A stretch of DNA of 63,994 nt, filler included, from an uncultured Myxococcia bacterium (GTDB lineage: Bacteria; CAZTWC01), in assembly GCA_964617105.1 (NCBI GenBank). It is 4 parts of 4 records of this genome, joined end to end, with 100 filler letters (N's around TTAATTAATTAA, not from the genome) between each part and the next. Parts side by side here need not be neighbours in the genome. Positions count along the whole stretch, not along the records: positions 17,969 to 35,775 come from CAZTWC010000052.1; positions 35,876 to 53,544 come from CAZTWC010000053.1; 2 more parts are not named here. One strand, written 5' to 3'. The notes beneath the pieces were generated by a model. That model was not told the DNA's origin, ran no database searches, and saw nothing but the letters and a program-made list of their open reading frames with translations. A program made the translations under genes and the position numbers. Shown here one piece after another: positions 30,199 through 39,495 of the stretch. Position 1 is the stretch's first letter; every line of letters starts with the position of its first letter.

Positions 30199-30648
30199 AT
30201 GGTTAAACAAAAAAAAGAAAATTGTGTGACTGGAACTCTTGCTGGGCCCGATGGGACAATCTATAATGGCGAATTTAAGGATAATAAAAGAGATGGGATT
30301 GGAAAAATGATATGGCCTGGCGGGGCAATTTATGAAGGCGAATTTAAAGATGATAAAGCCCATGGAAGGGGAACTTTTACCTATCCTAATGGGGCATTAT
30401 ATAATGGCGAATGGGAGGATAATAAGAGGTATGGGCGGGGAAAAATGACCTTTCCAGATAGAGCAATATATAATGGCGAATGGAGAGATGATAATGTGCA
30501 CGGGAGAGGAACTTTCTCATATCCTGATGGAGCAATATACGAGGGCGAATTTATAAATAACAAAAGGCAAGGGCAGGGAAAAATGACCTTTCCAGATGGA
30601 ACAATATATGATGGCGAATGGAGAGATGATGAATACTGTTTCCACTAA
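30199..30648 (+). CDS. MORN-repeat protein (~6 repeats)
   Basis: 23-aa period YxGE(F/W)xDxKxxGxGxxT(Y/F)PDG; nucleotide repeat GGAAAAATGACCTTTCCAGAT at 138-bp spacing. Confidence 0.9.
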   Translation: MVKQKKENCVTGTLAGPDGTIYNGEFKDNKRDGIGKMIWPGGAIYEGEFKDDKAHGRGTFTYPNGALYNGEWEDNKRYGRGKMTFPDRAIYNGEWRDDNVHGRGTFSYPDGAIYEGEFINNKRQGQGKMTFPDGTIYDGEWRDDEYCFH

Positions 30649-30681
30649 CCTTATTTGTGCGAATTAATTTTTGAGCGAACC

Positions 30682-33600
30682 CTAAGGAACACTTGAGCAC
30701 TGGCATCCGGCATTGGGTTCAAAAACACTCTTTAGACCTTTTGGTATGGCTTCAAACAGGGGCGCTTTTTTGGCGGTAAATGGTGTATCGGTTTCCGGGA
30801 ATTCCTCTTCGGCACTATTATCGGTAGTTCCGCCATCAGCCTGATCGATAATCATACTACCGTCATATCCCTCTATTAATACTCCCCCGTCAGCATTTTC
30901 CGCTTCCTCCGAGTCCATTTCTTCTCCAGAATCGGGACCGCCATCAATACTGTTGCCTCCTAATCCAGTATTAAAAAACTCGAATATCAACTCTAAAATA
31001 TCTATGCGAGTCTGTTCTGGAAATATTGTTTCCAAAGGAAAGGCCAAAAAAACCAGCTTGAAGGGACCGTCATAAGAGATTGCCGCTCCATGCTTCTTAT
31101 CATCACTATATTCCAAAATAGTTTCACTCCCACCAAAAGAAGAAATAATATCGGGATAATCCACATTATAAGAGCCCTGGGTGCCGTCATCAAACTCTAT
31201 AGTTTTTAATGAATCAAAAAGTTTTCCTTTGATTGGTACGGTCTGGTATAAATCGGCATCATCTTCGAGATAAGAGGTTTTCAGATAGTTATGGAGAAAT
31301 TGGAGATCTTTGGAGTCGCCTTTATGGGATAATTCATAGGCTATTTCAGAGCCACTCACCAACAAGGCACCGCCCTGATCCAAATATTTCTCTACCTTCT
31401 CCTGCTCTTTATGACTGAAAGTTTCATCCAGGCTCGATTCCTCTCCCAAAGAGTAAACCACTGCTCTATAGTTATTGAGATCAATGAAACCGTTCTCCAC
31501 CGCCTCGTTACTGCAGCTATCAAAAAAATATTGCTGACCGGGGATAGCCACTATGGCCCTGCCTATCCGAAAGGAATAGTCAAAGGTGTTATCTGCCACC
31601 TGTACATAAGCGTCTTGTCGATCAAAACCATTTACCAGCAGTATTGGGGCTTCCTTGCCTGGCCCGCCAAACCTGGCCCCAATGGTTTCCGAGGGAAAAC
31701 TTTCCCCACCTTCATTGAGAGTGGATACGCGCAAATATACGGTTTCACCTTTTTTAAGACCGCTGAGTTCAAAATGGTTCTTGTGTATCAAAGTGCCGTG
31801 GTCGTAGGCCAACGAGTTATGGCCAATATATACTCGGTAACCTTTGGCACCTTTCACTGATTCAAATTCCAGGACCAGTTTACCGCTGGAAGCCTGGTTA
31901 TAGAGTCGCAAGTTAGTGGGCGGTGAAAGCGTTAACTTGGCGCCGGGATTGAAATATTCAACCAACCCTTGGTAGATGCCTCTGGCCAGTTGTTGGCGGA
32001 ACTTAGGATGGTGAAGAGCCTGGTTATCCGGCATGGCAGGCGGGTTAGTGCCGGTGGGATTTTCTGTGCAATCATGAAAAGCGGATTCAATCAGTATCCC
32101 GGGAATGTTCTTCAAATTACGCAATTCGCCGAAATTTGCCATTATTTGTCCCCGATTTTTCCAATTTTCATCCCAGTTTTGGCGAAGATTATCGATAATA
32201 GCGGTATGCACTTTTTCTTGTAAATCATAACTGCCTTTGGGATGGTCGCAGGAGGAGGGTGAAGTACTTTGAGATGAGGGAAGCAAGCAGTTATGACGAA
32301 AGGTAATGGTACCGGATATATTTTTTACCGCAGAACCGGCGGCATTGGAATGAAGTGAGACATAGGCATCGGCACCCAAAAAATTGGCGTAAAGGGGCCG
32401 GGCCGAAACATCGCTGCTATAACTATTAATATGGCGGTTGATATAGGGTATGTGGTATAGGGCTGACATCTGCCAGCGGGCTTTATTGCTGGTTTTTCCA
32501 TCTATTACCGTCTGGTCTATGCCTCCGCCAAAACGCACAGCATCAGCAATGAGATATTTATCCTCCTCCTGCCCAGGTCCTATTTCCACCTCTCCCTTTT
32601 GGTCAGGATCAAAGTAAAAAGTGCCTAAATATAAAAAACGTCCGCCGTTTTGGCGCTGGTCCACCAGGAAAACAGTGGTCCCATAACCGTGACGCACCGA
32701 AACTTTGGCTGCAGATGTGCGGTTGCTGCCTGCCACAAAACGTAAACTTACATTATAAAAACCTGATTTTTTAAAGGTTGGTCGAAATACGGCTGCGTCT
32801 TTCTTCATGGCGTTTAACACCCGGTAGTCCCCTTTGTATCCCAGTTGGGTGGAGGTGCCATCGGCAAAGTTATTACCGGCTTCTGAATAACCGGCATCAT
32901 TGTCATCAACAATCTGTTCAAAAGTTGAATGGTCTGTTTCCCGGGCGGTATAAACCTGGGCGCCGGCTCGGCGCAGCATGGGAAAAAGGTGGAAGTTGAT
33001 AATTTCGGCATTGGAGAAATCTTCCAGGATTCCACGGCAAAAGCCACAATTTTTCCATTTGATTCTGCTTCGTTGGGTTCTCCAGGCTCCCTGTGAAAAT
33101 ATCCATCCGTGCCCAGCGCTCAAAAAAACAGTTTTTCCCCACAAAGAGGCGCCAAAAGGGAAAAAATTCTTTTTGGAAGGAGGCACAAAATAGAATGGTT
33201 TGATTCCGTGAAGCCGGTGATATCTATCGATCTGCTCCCTGATATCTTTAATTTTGCTCTGGTCGATAAAATAGTCCAGGGGCTTAAAACCTCCTTGACC
33301 ATCTTCCACCCAAAAATAAAATCCCCTTATCTGTTCAAAAGGTAGTAAAGAGTTGATAAACTGCCGAATTTTATCATCCAAAAAAAAATCTTCCATAGAG
33401 CCAGAAACAAACTGGTTCGACAAATAGAAATGAATCTCCTCTTGTTTGATTTGCAAATCCAGAAGTTGAGTGTTTCTCGGGATAAGGGAAGTATAACCCA
33501 GTTCTATCTCCTCAGGAGAGGGTCCGAGTAGCAACTGCTCAATTATGATTTTGATTTTCATCCGCAGATTAAAACTCTGCAAAACACTCATGTTTCTGTA

Positions 33601-33747
33601 AACGGAAGCAGGAGACTTCCCCTTAAAAAACTGGATTTCAAACTCCCTTCTATCTCCTTCCCGGTTTCCCTGACTTTGAGCGGATCTTGGAATGGATAAG
33701 GAGAGAATGAGAAGAAATATAATTGCTATTAAGTACTTAGAACGCAT
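30682..33747 (-). CDS. Secreted GerMN + N-acetylmuramoyl-L-alanine amidase (Amidase_3) + golvesin-like/FN3 multidomain protein
   Basis: Signal peptide; LLLGPSPEE..GYTSLIP (GerMN-like); Zn ligands SAGHG, ILED, SLHSNA, LIESAFHD; ADAVRFGGG; FN3-like segment; acidic DGG linker ending in GCQC. Confidence 0.8.
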   Translation of the reverse strand: MRSKYLIAIIFLLILSLSIPRSAQSQGNREGDRREFEIQFFKGKSPASVYRNMSVLQSFNLRMKIKIIIEQLLLGPSPEEIELGYTSLIPRNTQLLDLQIKQEEIHFYLSNQFVSGSMEDFFLDDKIRQFINSLLPFEQIRGFYFWVEDGQGGFKPLDYFIDQSKIKDIREQIDRYHRLHGIKPFYFVPPSKKNFFPFGASLWGKTVFLSAGHGWIFSQGAWRTQRSRIKWKNCGFCRGILEDFSNAEIINFHLFPMLRRAGAQVYTARETDHSTFEQIVDDNDAGYSEAGNNFADGTSTQLGYKGDYRVLNAMKKDAAVFRPTFKKSGFYNVSLRFVAGSNRTSAAKVSVRHGYGTTVFLVDQRQNGGRFLYLGTFYFDPDQKGEVEIGPGQEEDKYLIADAVRFGGGIDQTVIDGKTSNKARWQMSALYHIPYINRHINSYSSDVSARPLYANFLGADAYVSLHSNAAGSAVKNISGTITFRHNCLLPSSQSTSPSSCDHPKGSYDLQEKVHTAIIDNLRQNWDENWKNRGQIMANFGELRNLKNIPGILIESAFHDCTENPTGTNPPAMPDNQALHHPKFRQQLARGIYQGLVEYFNPGAKLTLSPPTNLRLYNQASSGKLVLEFESVKGAKGYRVYIGHNSLAYDHGTLIHKNHFELSGLKKGETVYLRVSTLNEGGESFPSETIGARFGGPGKEAPILLVNGFDRQDAYVQVADNTFDYSFRIGRAIVAIPGQQYFFDSCSNEAVENGFIDLNNYRAVVYSLGEESSLDETFSHKEQEKVEKYLDQGGALLVSGSEIAYELSHKGDSKDLQFLHNYLKTSYLEDDADLYQTVPIKGKLFDSLKTIEFDDGTQGSYNVDYPDIISSFGGSETILEYSDDKKHGAAISYDGPFKLVFLAFPLETIFPEQTRIDILELIFEFFNTGLGGNSIDGGPDSGEEMDSEEAENADGGVLIEGYDGSMIIDQADGGTTDNSAEEEFPETDTPFTAKKAPLFEAIPKGLKSVFEPNAGCQCSSVP

Positions 33748-33758
33748 TTTAATCTATC

Positions 33759-34778
33759 CTAAATATTATTTAGCCCTACTCCGGCTAAAGAGGTTTGACA
33801 TTTTGGGCATTTCCCGTGCTCGACTTGATTATTGATAATTTGGTAACCTACCCTTTTAATTAATATCTGATTACAGTCATGGCAAAATGTGCTTTCAGTT
33901 TCATCGCCCCACAGGTTACCGGCATACACATAGTGGAGCCCGTTTTTTTTACCCAGGTTATAAGCGCGGTGGATGGTTTCAGGCGGGGTCAACGGCCGGT
34001 CAGTCATTTGAAAAGTAGGATGAAACCTGCTGATATGCCAGGGGATGGAGAGATTTACAGAAGCAATAAAAGCGGCTATTTGGTCCAACTCCCGATCACT
34101 GTCATTGAGGCCGGGAATAATTAGAGTAGTTATCTCCACCCACACCCCCATGGAAAACAGGCGTTTAATAGTTTCTTTGACCGGTTCCAGTTTAGCCTTA
34201 CATATTTTCTTATAGTGCTGTTCCTGAAAACTCTTTAAATCCACATTGGCGGCATCTAACCAGCCATTCAAATTATCTAAGGCTTTTTTAGAAATATATC
34301 CATTAGTAACCCAGACATTTTTTATCCCCTGCTCCTGGCCACAGGTCATGGTATCCAGGGCGTATTCGTAAAAAATGGTTGGCTCAGTATATGTATAGGA
34401 GATGATTCGGCAATTTTTATCCAGGCAAGTTTGCACCAATTTTTCCGGAGACACTTTCTGGCTGAGTAATTTATTTTCTTCCCAGGAGCACTGTGAAATG
34501 GAATGATTTTGGCAATGGGTACAGCGCATATTGCAACCACAAGTAGCCACGCTCAAGGTGGAAAAACCTGGATAAAAGTTAAATAAAGGCTTTTTCTCAA
34601 TTGGATCCATACTGGCAGATACTAGATGCTCATAGACCATCAGGTAAAGTTTACCATCGATATTTTTCCTTACCTGACAAATCCCCAACTTGTCGGGTTT
34701 AATCTTGCATTTATGATGACAAATTTGACAGATAACCAGGTTATCTTCTGTCCGATTATAAAACAGTGCTTCTTTCAT
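33759..34778 (-). CDS. amrS: AmmeMemoRadiSam system radical SAM enzyme
   Basis: MKEALFY, CQICHHKC, DPIEKKPL, CNMRCTHCQN, YTYTEP, PWHISRFHP, YVYAGN, C-terminal Zn ribbon. Confidence 0.93.
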   Translation of the reverse strand: MKEALFYNRTEDNLVICQICHHKCKIKPDKLGICQVRKNIDGKLYLMVYEHLVSASMDPIEKKPLFNFYPGFSTLSVATCGCNMRCTHCQNHSISQCSWEENKLLSQKVSPEKLVQTCLDKNCRIISYTYTEPTIFYEYALDTMTCGQEQGIKNVWVTNGYISKKALDNLNGWLDAANVDLKSFQEQHYKKICKAKLEPVKETIKRLFSMGVWVEITTLIIPGLNDSDRELDQIAAFIASVNLSIPWHISRFHPTFQMTDRPLTPPETIHRAYNLGKKNGLHYVYAGNLWGDETESTFCHDCNQILIKRVGYQIINNQVEHGKCPKCQTSLAGVGLNNI

Positions 34779-34936
34779 AGATTGCCTAAATAAGCTTGTA
34801 ATTGATTGATATATTTAATATCATAACTCTTAATTAATACTTAAAATTAGCAATTGGCCCAAAGGTCCTAAAGTAATAGATATTTGCTAATTTATAAATA
34901 ATATATTATATCGTTAAGGATAATTCAACTAGATTT

Positions 34937-35008
34937 GTGTTCTTCCGGGAATCAACTTCGTCGCGATAGCTACGTTGACGCCGTAGGTGATCCCTGTGGG
35001 ACGGACAC
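34937..35008 (+). ncRNA. Candidate structured leader RNA upstream of the RomR-like gene
   Basis: GC-rich island in an AT-rich intergenic region; nested pairings GTGTTC/GGACAC, TTCC/GGGA, GGGAATCA/TGATCCC, CTACG/CGTAG. No family recognised. Confidence 0.45.
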
Positions 35009-35038
35009 TTTATTAGATACTTTCCATGGGAGAAACTG

Positions 35039-35775
35039 ATGCCGAATAAGATCCTCCTGGCTGATGAGAGCATTGTAGTACAGAAAGTAATTCAGTCTGT
35101 TTTGGCAACCTCTGCTAAGTCTGAATTTGAATTAGTTATTGCCTCCAATAGTAAAGAAGTATTAGAAAAATTAGGCAGTGAGAAAATCGCTATTGTATTG
35201 GCTAGTGTAAATTTAAAGGAACTTGACGGTTACAACCTGTGTAAAGCGATCCGCGCAAATGAGCAAACCAAAAATTTGCCGGTAATTATTTTAGCCAGTA
35301 GAGTAGTACCTTACGATGAAAAGATAGGTGCTAATGTTGGAGCCAACAATTGGGTCACCAAGCCCTATAACGGCAAACAGATTTTAAAGTTAATAACAGA
35401 TACTTTTAATAGTAGTAGCGCTAATGATACAGAGGAGACAACTCCGGCTGCTGCCCCGACCATAGAATCTGTGGTGGGCGAAGCTGGCGGTGAATTGGAC
35501 CAATCAGCCCTGGATGCTCTGTTTGATGCAGCGCCGGAACCCAGTACGCCAGCCACTCCAGCCCCGGAAGCAGCGCCCACACCTCCGGCGGCAGAACCAC
35601 CACCTGCGCCCGAACCACCTGCGGCAGCGGCCCAGGCAGCAGTGGAAGAGGTGACGGAGGGCCCAGCCTTAGACCAGTCTTCGCTCGATGCTCTGTTTGA
35701 TGCAGCGCCGGAACCCAGTGCGCCAGCCACTCCAGCCCCGGAAGCAGCGCCCACACCTCCGGCGGCAGAACCACC
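35039..35775 (+). CDS. RomR-like atypical receiver protein with Pro/Ala-rich repeats, 3'-partial
   Basis: KILLADES...DGYNLC...PVIILA...YDE...TKPY receiver with Ser at the phospho-Asp position; PAAPE-rich linker; cut by the contig end. Confidence 0.75.
35513..35775 (+). repeat. Direct repeat of 89 bp (88/89 identical), period 174 bp
   Basis: 35513-35601 vs 35687-35775; the second copy ends exactly at the contig break. Confidence 0.95.
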
Positions 35776-35875
35776 NNNNNNNNNNNNNNNNNNNNNNNNN
35801 NNNNNNNNNNNNNNNNNNNTTAATTAATTAANNNNNNNNNNNNNNNNNNNNNNNNNNNNNNNNNNNNNNNNNNNN
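35776..35875. other. Artificial contig linker
   Basis: N44-TTAATTAATTAA-N44. Confidence 0.99.
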
Positions 35876-37099
35876 ATGAGTAAAATACCCGGTATGAATA
35901 ATTTCTTGGGTGTGAAGGATATCGTTAAGCACCGTTACCACCAGAAACATGACGCCAATAGTTACCAGCCCGGCTCCGAACCGGCGGCGCAAAGTGGCTT
36001 TTATCATTGAATAGATAACCCATACCATGCATAAAAAGGTGGCTCCCAGAAAAACGAAAGTATATTGGGAATAGGTTTCAGCAGAAAACAGTAGAGTTAT
36101 AAAGATAAAGGGGATGGTAATTAGTTGAAAAAAAACCAGGATTTTGATATGGAATTCATCTTTAAATAATTGTCGGATAAAAGTGCTGAACAAAGCCCAG
36201 CCCAGGGGCATGCAGAGATATTCAACTTTGAATCGGAGTTGAAAAATATCACTGTGGGGAAAAATCATCTCCGCCAAACGGTTGGTAGAGCATAGCCTGA
36301 AAAAGATCAATAGGCAGAAAACGGCAAAATAGAAACTACCTTTATCTTCCCGCCTGGCCAGCCATAAGACAAAATGGTATATACTCATCATCAGCAAAAT
36401 GCCCAGCACAATCCAGTCTCGCAAATTATTATTGGTGAGAATTTTTTGCGCTCCGGTAAAGGTACTTAAATAGGGAACATTGATAGCGCCTCCCCGGGCA
36501 TGGTGGAAGTTTGACACTTTAATGGCTACTACTAATGGTTTAGAAGGGTCTATTGGTGGTATTGGAGATGCTTTAGGTAAATTTTGTGAAATAGTTTGAG
36601 ATTTGTTATTTGCCGCTATTCCGTTAGACATAATCTTTATACCGTTTACGTACAATGAATAACTGGAATGAACGTTATTTAAATAGAGACCCATCTGATC
36701 TATTTTGGCCAGGGAATTGATGTCATCAAAGATGATTTTTAGTCTATACCAGGCAAAGCCAATACCAACTCCGGTGTGTTTGTTCCAGTAAGATGGCAAT
36801 TCAATGGTTTCCCAGGATGAATCGTCAAACTCTGTCAGGGCGTAATCGGGGTTGTCTTCTGACCACTTGAATTTCCATTCACCCTGTAGAGGAATTGCAC
36901 GGTCATTTTGAAAGGGCCAGCCCGTTAATTTTAGTTGGCCATCTTTAATTGGAGGTATTTTGGCCCTGTTTTTGGGATTGTCACAGGAAACCAATAACAA
37001 AGTGGCCAAAAAAAGTAATGGTAGATAAACTAATTTCTTGTAAAGATTAGTTGTAAAAATCATATAAATATAGTTTTGGCAGCAAATTCTGCCATGCAT
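35876..37099 (-). CDS. 7TM-DISM sensor protein (sugar-binding-like extracellular domain + 7TM), 3'-partial; output domain missing
   Basis: LQGEWKFKW, LPSYWN, WYRLKI, IKVSNFHHARGG, then TM helices ending TVLNDIL; true start likely ~37062. Confidence 0.85.
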
Positions 37100-37224
37100 A
37101 ATTCTACAATAATTATGATAACCAACTATTTATATCATGTTGTAAAAAATAATACAATTGATAATTGGCAGTGAGCTTTTGAAAGGTAACATTTTTACCG
37201 TTTCTCCAAGGACGGTTAATGAAA

Positions 37225-37253
37225 TTGCACTTAATAATTATTTAGGTTAAAAT
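37225..37253 (+). promoter_or_regulatory. Sigma70-like promoter
   Basis: TTGCAC-17-TAAAAT upstream of the 37292 start. Confidence 0.45.
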
Positions 37254-37291
37254 AATAGAACTATTTATATTTGAAGACATAGAGGTTAGTT

Positions 37292-39424
37292 ATGACAAAG
37301 TCTGTTAGATATTTATTGATATTCTCATCTATAATTCTTCTCCTGGGTTCAGGCTGCGGAGATAATGGCGGGTTTTGGAATTTGTCAAACGGTTCTGGCG
37401 ATAGTAATGGAGGAAAGGATAGAGATAAAGACTGTATCCCCGATTCTCTTGAAGATAAAGATGGTGATGGATTTAGGGATAAGTCAGAAACTGATCCATT
37501 GGAATTTGACAGTGATAATGATGGGTTGGGTGATGGTATTGAGGACAGCAACTGCAATGGCGAGAGAGATCCCGGAGAAACAGATCCCCGGGTAATGGAT
37601 TCAGATTATGATGGCTTGATTGACTCAGAGGAGGATAAAAACAGTAATGGAAAGCGGGATCCCGGAGAAACAGATCCCCTTGCCAGAGACAGCGATTTAG
37701 ATGGTCTGGATGATAAAAAGGAGATTGATGCCGGGCTCGATCCCAATAACCCCGATAGTGACAATGATGGACTTAAAGACGGGGAAGAGGATATAAATCT
37801 TAATGGGCAGGTTGATCCGGGAGAGACTGATCCCAAGAATCCTGATTCTGATGGTGATGGTGTTTCAGACAGCCAGGAATCCTCAACCATGGCCTGTAGT
37901 TTAGATAAAATAAAAATGGTCAAATACCAGACCAGTGTGGGGGGTGAATACAAACTGGCTTTAGAGAAGGATTTTCAGGAGAAACAGTTATCGTTCACCA
38001 ATGTTAATTCCTATCAAAAACCGGTTAGCACTGCTTTTGACCAATTACAGTACCATATTTCCGGCTTTATCCTCAGCCGAACTTCTGACAAAGGAGTCTT
38101 GGACGTTGAAAAAATGGTGGAAAATGACAAAATCCTGCTGCAAAAGGTCTGCAATATTAAAGATCGGATGAGCCGGCTCTATACAACTCACGACAAATTC
38201 AAGGGCGATATCACTCATTACAGCATCAACTTTAGTAGCCAAATTGCCACCGGGAAGTTGCGGGACAAGTTGTTAGCGGCCTTGACCGGTAAGGCCGAAC
38301 AAGACATTCTTGACCTGCCCGAAGGTGATAAAATGATGGGGAATAATTTTGAAATTTATCTCAACACGGTTTTTCGGGACAAAGACAATGTGCTCACCGT
38401 AATGGCCATCAGCCAGAAGAGTAACTATGATCAGAGCAATGAAGTGCAAATGATGATATCCGATTTGACCAACGGCACGGCTCTGGCCAAGGCTGGTAAT
38501 AACGTGGAACTCAAATGCGATCAGTTTGTGGCTAAACAGGGCGCGGCCCAAGCCGATTTCCTTTGGGTGGTGGACAAATCGGGCAGCATGAAGGATGATC
38601 GGCAAACCGTGATTAATACAGCAGATCTATTTTTTAAAACCCTTCAAAACAGTTACATCGATTATCGAGTTGCCATCACCTCCACCGACTATAACAATCG
38701 GGGAAAATTAGGTGCTCTCGGTTTTACCAATGATGTAAATAATTTTAAGAAAGATATGGAGACTGTTCCCGGGGGAAATAGCGAATTCGGGCTGGAGAGC
38801 GGAATTAATGCCATTTCCCTGGCTTCTGATGCCTATACCGCTTCAAACCTTCGTTTTAGAGGCCAGGCGAAAAAGATTATTATTTTTTTCAGTGATGAAG
38901 AGGATCAGTCAGTGGAAAATTGGGAGAAAAATGTCGTTGCAAAACGCGCCTTAAGTGAATTTGTTACCTATTACAGCCGTATTGGCGTCACCTGTTTCGC
39001 TATTGTAGGCGATCCGTCCAGCCCAAGTTTTCCCACCGGCGGCTGTAAACCTCAATCCTCAAATATTCCAGGTAGATCCAGTGAGGCAGGAGACGGATAT
39101 ATTGCGGTAGCCAACGCCACCGGCGGCAGTTGGGGAAGTATATGCAGTCCCAATCTGCAAAATACTATTGACCAGATGATGGTGGCTGCCACCGGTATTG
39201 CCAGTGATTTTAAATTGACAGCTACCCCTATTAGTCCTACTTTGAAACTGGTCAAAGAGAGGGTAGAGGTGCCCCGTAACTATCAAAATGGTTTTGATTA
39301 TGACAGTGTATCCAATTCGCTGATCTTTTTTGGCACATTTCGTCCCAGCCAGGGAGAGGAGTTTGCGGTTTCCTATCGTTCCTGGGGAGAGGGAATCGGC
39401 ACAGTAATTGATCCGGGGTTTTAA
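37292..39424 (+). CDS. Lipoprotein with Ca-binding TSP3-like repeats and a VWA domain (CglD-like adhesin)
   Basis: Lipobox LGSGC; repeated DSDxDGLxDGxED.NxNGxxDPGETDP; MIDAS motif VVDKSGSM; IIFFSDEED; C-terminal GFDYD..SNSLIFFG..RP. Confidence 0.8.
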   Translation: MTKSVRYLLIFSSIILLLGSGCGDNGGFWNLSNGSGDSNGGKDRDKDCIPDSLEDKDGDGFRDKSETDPLEFDSDNDGLGDGIEDSNCNGERDPGETDPRVMDSDYDGLIDSEEDKNSNGKRDPGETDPLARDSDLDGLDDKKEIDAGLDPNNPDSDNDGLKDGEEDINLNGQVDPGETDPKNPDSDGDGVSDSQESSTMACSLDKIKMVKYQTSVGGEYKLALEKDFQEKQLSFTNVNSYQKPVSTAFDQLQYHISGFILSRTSDKGVLDVEKMVENDKILLQKVCNIKDRMSRLYTTHDKFKGDITHYSINFSSQIATGKLRDKLLAALTGKAEQDILDLPEGDKMMGNNFEIYLNTVFRDKDNVLTVMAISQKSNYDQSNEVQMMISDLTNGTALAKAGNNVELKCDQFVAKQGAAQADFLWVVDKSGSMKDDRQTVINTADLFFKTLQNSYIDYRVAITSTDYNNRGKLGALGFTNDVNNFKKDMETVPGGNSEFGLESGINAISLASDAYTASNLRFRGQAKKIIIFFSDEEDQSVENWEKNVVAKRALSEFVTYYSRIGVTCFAIVGDPSSPSFPTGGCKPQSSNIPGRSSEAGDGYIAVANATGGSWGSICSPNLQNTIDQMMVAATGIASDFKLTATPISPTLKLVKERVEVPRNYQNGFDYDSVSNSLIFFGTFRPSQGEEFAVSYRSWGEGIGTVIDPGF

Positions 39425-39464
39425 GAACGAAAAGAATTCACTGCCTTTTAATGCCGGGTTGAAT
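39422..39464 (+). repeat. Dispersed palindromic repeat, copy 1
   Basis: 38/43 identical to 52195-52237. Confidence 0.8.
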
Positions 39465-39495
39465 TCCAATTGGTAATTTGATAAAGGGGGTTGTT

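Noticed and set aside
30199-30648. Periodic DNA repeats here and at 37560-37860 as possible CRISPR arrays
   Set aside because: In-frame protein repeats (MORN, TSP3); no repeat-spacer structure and no cas genes
34990-35010. GTGGGACGGA resembling part of a GEMM/c-di-GMP-I riboswitch
   Set aside because: No GNRA tetraloop stem, no AAAC or AAAG junction, and no second stem
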